Source of the DNA: Atractiella rhizophila
Taxonomy: Eukaryota
Reading direction: 5' to 3'
Assembly (NCBI GenBank): GCA_021432655.1
Contig: MU271556.1
Coordinates: 1-44,771, forward strand
Length of the DNA stretch: 44,771 bases
Shown: piece by piece, positions 11,465 through 22,583 of the stretch
Layout: the number at the start of each line of letters is the position of its first letter
Position numbering within the stretch: position 1 is the first letter of the stretch
Position numbers and translations under genes: made by a program
The notes under the pieces: model-generated
Database searches by the model: none
Told to the model about the DNA's origin: nothing
The model's input: the letters and a program-made list of their open reading frames with translations, nothing else

Positions 11465-14400
11465 ATGCTACGCCTCCCCCGCCCACTCCGGCCGCGGCGC
11501 ACAGTGCTCCCTCCGATCCGTCAGCTTCACGTCGTTCGCTCAATCTCCTTCGCTTCTTCTATCCCCCGCATCGCTGGTAGGATCGTTGGGAGGTCGGTAA
11601 TCGTTGGTGGGGGCGTGGCTGGGGGCTTGGGATGGGTTAATTGGAAGGTTGAAGGTGAGCAGTTTCTGTGGTTGAAGGCGCAAAGGTTGCTTTGAGTTCG
11701 CATCTTTCTCAATGGTATCCTTCGCTGTATCATTGAGAAGGTGTTTGGAGAGGTGTGGAGAATATAGAAGATGGGGATTTGAGTGTAGAAGCTGAGAGCA
11801 TGCTGCAAATCTATAGCTCATGGTCGAGTACCCCTTTGGAAAGCTCATCAATGGGCATGCGAGTTGCAACTGCAGGCCGATTATTCTTCATTTGTTTCTA
11901 GCTTTCCAGCCTTGTCAACTCTTTTGCGTCTGCTTTGTGTGTTGCATTTTAATGCCAGACTAGTCACGGCACTTGCTGGCTGCCGCCCGTCTTCTGCACG
12001 GAGGGTACAGCGGGCATGATATCGACAACACCATTCTTTTGCCTTAAGGATTTGAGAAACGTCGAAAGTGATTGCTAAAGAGCGAATTTTTGAGCTGGTT
12101 CGTCGAAGTTGGAAGATAGATAGCTATGATCCCAAGGAATAGCTTAACAGCAACAGTTCTCCTATTGAGTGTAATGGTGAAGTCAGTTAACGATTGGGTT
12201 TTTGACGTGCTCTTGGGCGGGATGTTCTTACCCAAGTTGCGTCTGCATCAAGTAATCGTTCTTTGCCCGTTCAATAAGAAGGTTATATGAAATGCCCTTG
12301 AATCTGTTGTTGAAGGATGGATTGTCTTGTCTTGAAATGAAGGGTGATAATGAGAGTACCCTTTGCGAGTCACGCCTTATTAGAAAACTATACCTCTACT
12401 CATGGCCGACGGTCATGTCTCCTCTGACCATTTTGCCTATTGTGTCCATTGCAACTGACATGCAACTGCACAGGATTTCGACAAAGCGCAGCCTCGTATC
12501 TTGACGGCATCTCATCCAACCTCTCTTCCGCCTACCTCTCTCTGTCTGAAAAGGGGGCTTCGGCTTTCGAGAACGCTTCGGGTGTTTACGATCAGACGAA
12601 GGACAACGCGAAGATTCTTCTTGGGGATGCTAGAGACAAGTTTGACGACATGAGGGATCGAGTGGGCGAGGGATTTTCGGAGTGGTGGAACACGAAGGAC
12701 AACGCGAAGATTCTTGGGGATGCTAGAGACAAGTTTGACGACATGAGAGATCGAGTGGGCGATGGATTTTCGGAGTGGTGGAATGCGAATCGCGGCTCCT
12801 CAGACAGTCCGCCCCCGCCGCCAGAGGAGGATCCTAGGGATGCAGGTTCTGGAGAGGCGTCTACTTCCAAAGTCACGCTCGCTGCTGCCACAGTTGCTGC
12901 AGCTCCGCTGGCCGCGATGACTCCCGACAGTCCAATGTCTGATGATCCGACTAATGACCTTATGCTCCTCACGAGAAAGCTGATTGAGATTCGCGGTATT
13001 CTTTTGTCTATCGATCATGGCGAAGCACTACAGCTACCAAATATTGTTGTCATTGGTAGTCAAAGCAGCGGGAAGAGTAGCGTGTTGGAAGCTATCGTTG
13101 GGAAGGAATTCTTGCCAAAGTGGGTTCCCTTTGTCAAATCATGCTAGTACAAACAGTTTCTGCAGAGGCAACAACATGGTCACTCGACGTCCGATCGAGC
13201 TGACCCTTATTCACACGCCTCCAACAACTGCGAATCCTAAGCCCCAGACTTTTGCCGAGTTCCCAGCATTGGGTCAAGGACACATTACCGACTTCTCCCT
13301 TGTCCAACAAACCCTCACCGATCTCAATCTTTCCGTTCCTGCCTCCCAGACTATCTCAGACGATCCGATCGAACTCCGAATCCATTCTCCCAACGTCCCC
13401 GACTTGTCGCTCGTCGACCTTCCAGGTTACATTCAGATCAGTTCAATGGACCAACCGGACGAATTGAAGGATAAGATTGCCAGCCTCTGCAAAAAGTATA
13501 TCAAGGCTCCTAACATCATACTTGCCGTCTGTTCCGCCGACGTCGATCTCGCCAACTCTCCTGCTCTCCGTGCAAGTCGGAAGGTCGATCCGCTTGGTCT
13601 GAGGACGATTGGTGTGGTGACGAAGATGGATTTGGTCGAGCCGGAGAGGGCGGCCGATGTCATTTCCAATGAGAGGTATCCATTAGCGTTGGGATACGTT
13701 GGAGTGGTTTGTAAGGCTTCAGGGAAGTCGAAGGACAAGAGCGGAGAAAAGAGCTTGATCGGTCCCATCCAGAAGCAGGAGGAGAATTTCTTTGGTGCTA
13801 ACAAGGAGCACTTCAACAAACCAGGGATCCAGTTTGGAATGGCGACCTTGAAGCGAAGACTCATGCAGGTCTTGGAGGAGTCTATGAGTTCAAGTTTGCA
13901 CGGAATTTCCAACGCAGTCGCTGTCGAGTTGGAAGAAGCTTCCTATCAATTCAAGGTCCAATATAACGATCGAACGATCTCTGCTGAAAGTTACGTCGCT
14001 GAAGTTATGGATCAGCTCAAGGGGAAGCTTCAAGAATTTTCAAAAACGCTCAACAAGGCAGAAACGAGGCGAATGCTAAAGGAATCCCTTGATCAAAAGG
14101 TCCTCGACATCCTCGCTCAGATGTACTGGAACGATTCAAAATCAGCCGAGCTTAGTAAACTAGCGACTGACGGTGTCAAGGGGAACGCCGACGATATTTT
14201 GGATCAAGTTTGGAAACATAAGCTTGACGCCTCAACTTCCGCCCTTACCAAGTCCGGAATCGGTCGTGCGTCCACACAGCTCGTCGTTGAAGCGATTCGA
14301 TCACATGTATCGACTATTGCCAATGCGCCGCCTCTTTCTTCTCATCCCAGAGCAGCCGAGCAAATCATCGCTCTTGCGGATGCCATCCTGCGCGACCGTT

Positions 14401-15256
14401 ATGCCATCACTTCGGATCAGGTCGAAAACTGCCTCAAGCCGTTCAAATACGAGATCGAGATGGAGGACAAAGAATGGGACGTTGGAAAGACACGGAGTAT
14501 CGATCTCATCGAGACCGAACTGAAGATGTGCGATAAGGCGTTGAAGGACATCTCGGATGCTGTTGGGTGGAGAAAGTTGAAAAATGCGATGGACTACGTC
14601 AAGGAAGTCGAGAAGCGAGAGAAGCGCAAACGGGAACGTCGGAGGAATAACGAGCCTGAGCCGGAAGATGACAAGGATCCTAACCGAGTCGTCTACAATC
14701 CAAATCTGCTTGTGAAAGGTCTGTATTTCCCCCACGTCATGACATATCTAATTGAGGAGCATAGCTCGAGAGGCAATGTTCCTTACCACTCGGTCATCAG
14801 CACTTAAGCTTCGAATCGCTGCTCTTAAATCTCGTCGGTGTAAAGGAGGTCCAGACAACAAGGGCCTGTGTCCGGAAATCTTCCTCAATGTTGTCGCAGA
14901 CAAACTCGCTTATACTGCTGTGATGTTCATCAACATTGAGCTGTTAGCAGAATTCTTCTATCAAGTCTGTCCTATTTTGAGCCCCGAGTGCTTTCTTGCT
15001 AATGCGAATCGTCTAGTTTCCTCGGGAGATTGACAATCGTCTTTCGTACGACCTTGACCGGTCAGAAATCAGTAGATTCGCTCGAGAGAATCCCGCGGTG
15101 AAGAAGCACCTCGATCTTCAGGAACGGAAAGAAAAACTCGAACTCGTAATGGAGAAGCTGGACAGTTTAGTCAAGCTACAGGCAGAACAGAAGCATGGGG
15201 GTCAAGCACGCCCTTCAGCTCGAGAACGGAAAGGTCTCTTCGGACTATTTTCGTAG
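11465..15256 (+). CDS. MGM1: Mitochondrial inner-membrane fusion dynamin-like GTPase Mgm1/Msp1 (OPA1 orthologue)
   Basis: Arg-rich presequence, a TM segment and a second Ala-rich hydrophobic segment. GTPase motifs [25 protein letters not shown] and TKMD are present. Introns at 11655-12473, 13120-13165, 14719-14764 and 14965-15016 all keep frame. Stop TAG at 15254-15256. Confidence 0.93.
12596..12784 (+). repeat. In-frame tandem duplication (96 + 93 nt) within MGM1 exon 2
   Basis: [32 protein letters not shown] followed by [31 protein letters not shown]. Units 12596-12691 and 12692-12784 differ by a 3-nt indel and a few substitutions. Confidence 0.95.
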
Positions 15257-15758
15257 AGACGTCGAAGGTGTCTGTACAATGCTGTTTCGTTCGTCTAGTG
15301 AATGTATTTGACGTTCTTGTTTCTATTTTTCACCCTTGATAATTCTTCCAATGTTAAACGACTAGATAATACCAGTCACACCTACTCTGCCATTGAGGCA
15401 ATCTGAATGGATAGAATAAATTTCATTCTTGCATCTACCTACAAGGTAGTTAACACGTTGGGTATCAGGGACAAAGGAACACCAGATGGCTACATGATAC
15501 AAGAGTGTTGATGCTGCTAGATATTGAACTCATCACCAATGAAGTGGGCAAAGAGTTTCATCTTCACATCCACATGCATATCAGGGGTCTTGCCAGGGAT
15601 GTTGTACAGTAACCGGTCCACTCTCTTCCTGCAAGCACAATTAGATGAGAGGGCTCACAATATAGGCACATGTGCAGATACTTACCTGATATGTACTCAA
15701 GGGTTCTTCTTGTTTCGGGTAACAGGTCATAGACAACCTCCATCTTTGGTGGTGGATC

Positions 15759-16550
15759 TAGAGATGCCAACAAGTATCGACCAGCTTAAAGCCTGATTTG
15801 TAACTTGTTGTGACCTTTGACACAGGTACCCTGTACTCATGAGTGCAACTCACGGGTACCCTTGTATTAACTTAGACTCTACTCATCAACATTGTTGAAG
15901 CTATGGTATAAAGGCTTAATCTGCACTGTTGGTAAATGACTGGTCATTCTAGCTCAATGGTTAATCCCACGTGGTAGCAAGAGAGTGAGAAATGTACTTT
16001 CTACCACTTTGCACTAACAATCCCCAATCACTTATTAGTGAGTGCAAATGATATAAATGAATATGTGATTGGGGAGAAAGAAAAGGAAAGAAAACACATC
16101 AAGCATACCTATAAGTCCGGACTAGCGGTGAAGTGCACATGTTTGGCACGGCATCCGGAACGCAATGCAAATAGAACAAACAAGTGACATCCACAGATCT
16201 CCAACAAACATAATTTTACAGTTTAGGCACATTAGTTTACATAGATGACTTATTATACATTACTTATGGCTTAAACACCACTATTACTTGTATCTCAGAG
16301 TCAGATAAGCCATTTTGAATGTAAAAAAGATCAAAAATTGATATAAAACTCTCTTTAACTCTTTCAAACAAGTACCCCACGGGTACCTGCCATTTCAGGA
16401 CATATGCTCATGAGTACTCTTAGGTACGTAGCAGAGAACATGAATGGGTACCCCTGATGAAAATTTACCCTCTGTAGCTGATTTGTAACTTGTTGTGCAC
16501 AGGTCCTGTGGCACAAGTACCCATGAGTACCATACTCATTGACATCTCTA
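15759..16550. mobile_element. Non-autonomous hAT-like MITE (unit A copy)
   Basis: Termini TAGAGATGCCAAC... and ...ATTGACATCTCTA are inverted repeats. Flanks GGTGGATC (15751-15758) and GGCGGATC (16551-16558) form an 8-bp TSD with one CpG transition. Many subterminal GGTACC/GAGTAC motifs. Confidence 0.85.
15893..16206. mobile_element. Solo LTR (314 bp) nested in the unit-A MITE
   Basis: Starts TGTTGAAG and ends CTCCAACA. The 5-bp TSD AACAT is at 15888-15892 and 16207-16211. Unit B has the empty site (TCATCAACATAATTTT). Confidence 0.85.
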
Positions 16551-17031
16551 GGCGGATCACAGGGGTGAGGGAACATTGGAGGTGACCCTTGTGGAGGAAG
16601 TACTGCTGGTATGGAGAGGAGGGTTGGGACGTATGAGGCAATTGGCCATCCCTGGCTTGCCCACTGAGGCATGTGACAATCCCATACTACAGCACAAGTT
16701 ACTACTCATCCTGTTACAGAAGCAGTGAGGCACTCATGTTTACTGTTGGCAGCCTGCATGTTGTGCAAGGTGGCCTCATTGTGGAACATCTTCCATTGGA
16801 AGTCGTGAACGGTATCTTGGTGCTGCTCAATTCAGCCTCTGTTCGTTGCATCTCATGCTCCCCTGTGCCCTTGCCCACTCCTGTGTTGTATGTGAAAGGC
16901 AAACGAAAACAAAGTGAGAAACCTTATGGGCAGGCTAGGATTGTGGCAAGGTGCTAAAGTTTAAAACAACACCACAGCTTGGAACCAATGACGGAAAAGA
17001 AAACCACCACATTGCACCACACCCAGTCACG

Positions 17032-17694
17032 ATGGAACCACCGATGGCCAACCTCAGAGTCAACTTGAGAGCCGCATCGAGGACTTTCCTAAATATTTCA
17101 GAGAATCTGGAAAACTTGTATGAACACTTTGACAACCCACCAACTTTGGCGCACAATCAACAACAATTGCTCCAGCAAATCCAGGCAGATCAACAACGAG
17201 CATTGCACCATCTCAATTGGGCCAAATACCTGAGGAAAATTGAAATGTACAACCTGAAGGTTGCACAGCAACAAGTGTAAGTACTTCTTTTCCATGTGAG
17301 CCATGGTGAATGATAACTGGAACCATTGTCAGGGCTGAATGGTCCATTGCTTGAGTCCATAACTCCAATGTTGACCTCCATACGACACCACTGACCCAAC
17401 TCAATATCAAGAGGAAGTGGCTCCACCTATCCCAGCCTTCTTGCCTGGGGTAGCTCCACCCATCCCTCCTCCCTTCAACCCCCCTCCTTTAAATGCAGCA
17501 CCTCACAACCTTTGGGTCAGGTTAGGAACCTCTCTGGTAAGTGTGCTCTGGAATCAGACCCCATGCTTAGTTGCATTACAGTTGAAGCCATGAATGAGCT
17601 GATTGCAGCATATGGTATTCAAGTACCAGCTCGCCAAATGACGGTACAGGACAAACAACTTCCCTTCAGCCACTTCATTGGTGCGAAGTATTGA
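17032..17694 (+). pseudogene. Decayed paralog Y (unit A) of the 3-exon coiled-coil/DUF1773-like family
   Basis: Exon 1 MEPPMANL...LHHLNWAKYLRKIEMYNLKVAQQQ, then intron 17277-17332. Exon 2 has a nonsense TGA at 17352-17354 (CGA in the intact paralog) and two frameshifting deletions. The last exon is ...LIAAYGIQVP...FSHFIGAKY*. Confidence 0.8.
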
Positions 17695-17730
17695 GTCCCT
17701 TCAGCCACTTCATTGATGCGAAGTATTGAG
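17661..17730 (+). repeat. 35-bp tandem duplication at the 3' end of paralog Y (unit A only)
   Basis: TCCCTTCAGCCACTTCATTG(G/A)TGCGAAGTATTGAG occurs twice. Unit B has a single copy. Confidence 0.9.
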
Positions 17731-17994
17731 TCACTCCTTTGAAACATGAATCCATTACAAGGTGTTATACTGTATTCTGTATTTGTTCCACAATTCTTAG
17801 CCAGAGTTCACAATATCTTATCATCTATTCCTCTAAGATTCATCAGTTCTTGGTGTGAGTCATAACACGCACTTTTGAGCCTTTATACCTCCCTCACGAG
17901 GCACATTGAAATGAAATGAAGTACACCATCTTACTGCATATGTTTGCGCCTTTCTGAAAGTGCAAGGAAATTTTATTTTAAAGTTATGAAAAAA

Positions 17995-19818
17995 TCAGAT
18001 CAGTTCAATGGACCAACCGGACGAATTGAAGGATAAGATTGCCAGCCTCTGCAAAAAGTATATCAAGGCTCCTAACATCATACTTGCCGTCTGTTCCGCC
18101 GACGTCGATCTCGCCAACTCTCCTGCTCTCCGTGCAAGTCGGAAGGTCGATCCGCTTGGTCTGAGGACGATTGGTGTGGTGACGAAGATGGATTTGGTCG
18201 AGCCGGAGAGGGCGGCCGATGTCATTTCCAATGAGAGGTATCCATTAGCGTTGGGATACGTTGGAGTGGTTTGTAAGGCTTCAGGGAAGTCGAAGGACAA
18301 GAGCGGAGAAAAGAGCTTGATCGGTCCCATCCAGAAGCAGGAGGAGAATTTCTTTGGTGCTAACAAGGAGCACTTCAACAAACCAGGGATCCAGTTTGGA
18401 ATGGCGACCTTGAAGCGAAGACTCATGCAGGTCTTGGAGGAGTCTATGAGTTCAAGTTTGCACGGAATTTCCAACGCAGTCGCTGTCGAGTTGGAAGAAG
18501 CTTCCTATCAATTCAAGGTCCAATATAACGATCGAACGATCTCTGCTGAAAGTTACGTCGCTGAAGTTATGGATCAGCTCAAGGGGAAGCTTCAAGAATT
18601 TTCAAAAACGCTCAACAAGGCAGAAACGAGGCGAATGCTAAAGGAATCCCTTGATCAAAAGGTCCTCGACATCCTCGCTCAGATGTACTGGAACGATTCA
18701 AAATCAGCCGAGCTTAGTAAACTAGCGACTGACGGTGTCAAGGGGAACGCCGACGATATTTTGGATCAAGTTTGGAAACATAAGCTTGACGCCTCAACTT
18801 CCGCCCTCACCAAGTCCGGAATCGGTCGTGCGTCCACACAGCTCGTCGTTGAAGCGATTCGATCACATGTATCGACTATTGCCAATGCGCCGCCTCTTTC
18901 TTCTCATCCCAGAGCAGCCGAGCAAATCATCGCTCTTGCGGATGCCATCCTGCGCGACCGTTATGCCATCACTTCGGATCAGGTCGAAAACTGCCTCAAG
19001 CCGTTCAAATACGAGATCGAGATGGAGGACAAAGAATGGGACGTTGGAAAGACACGGAGTATCGATCTCATCGAGACCGAACTGAAGATGTGCGATAAGG
19101 CGTTGAAGGACATTTCGGATGCTGTTGGGTGGAGAAAGTTGAAAAATGCGATGGACTACGTCAAGGAAGTCGAGAAGCGAGAGAAGCGCAAACGGGAACG
19201 TCGGAGGAATAACGAGCCTGAGCCGGAAGATGACAAGGATCCTAACCGAGTCGTCTACAATCCAAATCTGCTTGTGAAAGGTCTGTATTTCCCCCACGTC
19301 ATGACATATCTAATTGAGGAGCATAGCTCGAGAGGCAATGTTCCTTACCACTCGGTCATCAGCACTTAAGCTTCGAATCGCTGCTCTTAAATCTCGTCGG
19401 TGTAAAGGAGGTCCAGACAACAAGGGCCTGTGTCCGGAAATCTTCCTCAATGTTGTCGCAGACAAACTCGCTTATACTGCTGTGATGTTCATCAACATTG
19501 AGCTGTTAGCAGAATTCTTCTATCAAGTCTGTCCTGTTTTGAGCCCCGAGTGCTTTCTTGCTAATGCGAATCGTCTAGTTTCCTCGGGAGATTGACAATC
19601 GTCTTTCGTACGACCTTGACCGATCAGAAATCAGTAGATTCGCTCGAGAGAATCCCGCGGTGAAGAAGCACCTCGATCTTCAGGAACGGAAAGAAAAACT
19701 CGAACTCGTGATGGAGAAGCTGGACAGTTTAGTCAAGCTACAGGCAGAACAGAAGCATGGGGGTCAAGCACGCCCTTCAGCTCGAGAACGAAAAGGTCTC
19801 TTCGGACTATTTTCGTAG
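17995..19818 (+). pseudogene. MGM1: 5'-truncated duplicate (or second allele) of MGM1, lacking the presequence, TM segments and G1-G3 motifs
   Basis: Protein-identical to MGM1 from [10 protein letters not shown] to the stop, with the same introns. No upstream exons are present. Confidence 0.85.
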
Positions 19819-20320
19819 AGACGTCGAAGGTGTCTGTACAATGCTGTTTCGTTCGTCTAGTGAATGTATTTGACGTTCTTGTTTCTAATTTTCACCCTTG
19901 GTAATTCTTCCAATGTTAAACGACTAGATAATCCCGGTCACACCTACTCTGCCATTGAGGCAATCTGAATGGATAGAATAAATTTCATTCTTGCATCTAC
20001 CTACAAGGTAGTTAACATGTTGGGTATCGGACAATGGAACACCAGATGGCTACATGATACAAGAGTGTTGATGCTGCTAGATATTGAACTCATCACGAAT
20101 ATGGAGCGGGGAAAGAGTTTCATCTTCACATTCACGTGTGTATCAGGGGTCTTGCCAGGGATGTTGTACAGCAACCAGTCTACTCTCTTCCTGCAAGCAC
20201 AATTAGATGAGTGGGCTCACAATATAGGCACATGTGCAGATACTTACCTGATATGTGCTCAAGGGTTCTTCTTGTTTTGGGTAACAGGTCATGGACAACC
20301 TCCATCTTTGGTGGCGGATC

Positions 20321-20951
20321 TAGAGATGCCAACGAGTAGGACTCGCGAGTACGGGTACCCTTACTCCGGAGTATTGATCAGCTTAAAGCCTGATTTGTAC
20401 CTTGTTGTGACCTTTGACACAGGTACCCTTGTACTCATGAGTACTACTCACTGGTACCCTTGTATTAACTTAGACTCTACTCATCAACATAATTTTACAG
20501 TTTAGGCACATTAGTTTACATAGATGACTTATTATGCATTACTTATGGCTTAAACACCACTATTACTTGTATCTCAGAGTCAGATAGAGCCATTTTGAAT
20601 GTGAAAAGATCAAAAATTGATATAAAACTCTCCTTAACTCTTTCAAACAAGTACCCCATGGGTACCTGCCATTTCAGGACATATGCTCTTAGGTAGGTAG
20701 CAGAGAACATGAATGGGTACTGTTGTCGTTTATGATTCATCCTGCCATCTCACTTGAGTGGCAATTCTAGAACGTTCCTTTTTGCCACCAGTTCTCGTGT
20801 TTTGTCTTATCTTACTTTTCAGAAGATTCTAGAACATTGTATCCACAAGTATATAAAGGCTCTGAAAAGTGAAATAATTATTATGACGTTCTACAATAAC
20901 AACAGGTACCCCTGATGAAAATTTACCCTCTGCAACTTGTTGACATCTCTA
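20321..20951. mobile_element. Non-autonomous hAT-like MITE (unit B copy)
   Basis: Termini TAGAGATGCCAACGAGTA... and ...GTTGACATCTCTA. Perfect 8-bp TSD GGCGGATC at 20313-20320 and 20952-20959. Confidence 0.88.
20721..20904. mobile_element. Solo LTR (184 bp) nested in the unit-B MITE
   Basis: Starts TGTTGTCG and ends TAACAACA. The 5-bp TSD GGTAC is at 20716-20720 and 20905-20909, with an internal TATATAAA. Unit A has the empty site (GAATGGGTACCCCTG). Confidence 0.82.
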
Positions 20952-21442
20952 GGCGGATCGCAGGGGTGAGGGAACATTGGATGTGACCCTTGTAGAGGAA
21001 GTACTGCTGGTATGGAGAGGAGGGTTGGGACACATGAGGCAATTAGCCATCCCTGGCTTGCCTACTGAGGCATGTGACAATCCCATACTACAACACAATT
21101 TACTACTCATCCTGTTACAGAAGCAGTGAGGCACTCACGTTTACTGTTGGCAGCCTGCATGTTGTGCAAGGTGGCCTTATCATGGAACATCTTCCATTGG
21201 AAGTTGTGAACGCTATCTTGGCGCTGCTCAATTCAGCCTGCATTCGTTACGTCTCGTGCTCCCCTGTGCCCTTGCCCACTCCTGCGTTGTATGTGAAAGG
21301 CAAAACAGAAACAAAGTGAGAAGCCTTATGGGCAGGCTAGGGTTGCGGCAAGGTGTTAAAGAAAACCAAGTTTAAAACAACAGCCACAGCTTGGAACCAA
21401 CGACGGAAAAGAAAACCACCACATTGCACACACCCAGTCACG

Positions 21443-22104
21443 ATGGAACCAGTGATGGCCGACCTCAGAGTCAACTTGAGAGCCACATTGAGGACTTTCC
21501 TAAATATTTCAGAGAATCTGGAAAACTTGTACGAACACTTTGACAACCCACCAACTTTGGCGCACAATCAACAACAATTGCTCCAGCAATCCAGGCAGAT
21601 CAACAACGAGCATTGCACCATCTCAATTGGGCCAAATACCTGAGGAAATTTGAAATGTACAACCTGAAGGTTGCACAGCAACAGGTGTAAGTACTTCTTT
21701 TCCATCTAAGCCACGGTGAATGACAACTGGAACCATTGTCAGGGCTGAATGGTCCATTGCTTGAGTCCATAACTCCAATGTTGACCTCCATACGACACCA
21801 CTGACCCAACTCAATATCAAGAGGAAGTGGCTCCACCTATCCCAGCCTTCTTGCCTGGGGTAGCTCCACCCATCCCTCCTCCCTTCAACCCCCCTCCTTT
21901 AAATGCAGCACCTCACAACCTTTGGGTCAGGTTAGGAACCTCTCTGGTAAGTGTGCTCTGGAATCAGACCCCATGCTTAGTTGCATTACAGTTGAAGCCA
22001 TGAATGAGCTGATTGCAGCATATGGTATTCAAGTACCAGCTCGCCAAATGACTGTACAGGACAAACAACTTTCCTTCAGCCACTTCATTGGTGTGAAGTA
22101 TTGA
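21443..22104 (+). pseudogene. Decayed paralog Y (unit B)
   Basis: Same lesions as the unit-A copy plus an extra 1-nt deletion in exon 1 (CAGCAATCC vs CAGCAAATCC). Ends FSHFIGVKY*. Confidence 0.8.
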
Positions 22105-22583
22105 GTCACTCCTTTGAAACATGAATCCATTACAAGGTGTTATACTGTATTCTGTATTTGTTCCACAATTCTTAGCCAGAGTTCACAATATCTTATCATC
22201 TATTCCTCTAAGATTCATCAGTTCTTGGTGTGAGTCATAACACGCACTTTTGAGCCTTTATACCTCCCTCACGAGGCACATTGAAATGAAATGAAGTACA
22301 CCATCTTACTGCATATGTTTGCGCCTTTCTGAAAGTGCAAGGAAATTTTATTTTAAAGTTATGAAAAAAAGTGTTCCCTCCTGGATTTGAACCAGTGAAG
22401 AGGCCCACAAAGCTGATAATGACATGCCGGAAGCGCCGCATGCGATTTCTACAGTGTGTTTTGGGTTTTCTCAGGTTGTGTGCCAGAAGAACATGTTTGC
22501 CTACCATGAGGGGAAGAAAGTGAACACATGTGAGTTGGAATATACTCCTTTACATTATGTTCTCATGCCATCTTAGAATCATC

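Larger units (their letters stand above)
15517..16870 (-). pseudogene. Decayed paralog Z (unit A) of the 3-exon coiled-coil/DUF1773-like family, interrupted by a MITE
   Basis: Minus-strand fragments VHDFQWKMFHNEATLHNMQAA, YDLLPETRRTLEYIS|GTAAGT and RVDRLLYNIPGKTPDMHVDVKMKLFAHFIGDEFNI* align with the intact gene at 32671-33412, including intron positions. Frameshifts are present and the 5' end is approximate. Confidence 0.7.
20077..21280 (-). pseudogene. Decayed paralog Z (unit B)
   Basis: Counterpart of 15517-16870. It retains the GTGAGT donor after HNMQAANSK, has HDLLPKTRRTLEHIS|GTAAGT, and its last exon is more eroded. The 5' end is approximate. Confidence 0.65.
13433..22366 (+). repeat. 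Tandem segmental duplication: unit A 13433-17994, unit B 17995-~22366
   Basis: Sequence from TCAGATCAGTTCAATGG recurs at offset 4562. Both ends are near-identical and the middle is diverged with indels. The junction is ...GTTATGAAAAAA|TCAGATCAG at 17994/17995. Confidence 0.95.

Noticed and set aside
15759..16550. Recurrent GGTACC/GAGTAC palindromes as a CRISPR-like or operator array
   Set aside because: Spacing is irregular, the context is eukaryotic, and they are explained as subterminal motifs of the MITE.
19969..20505. 178-aa plus-strand ORF in the island
   Set aside because: It runs across the antisense of pseudogene Z into the MITE and is not open in unit A, so it is a chance ORF.
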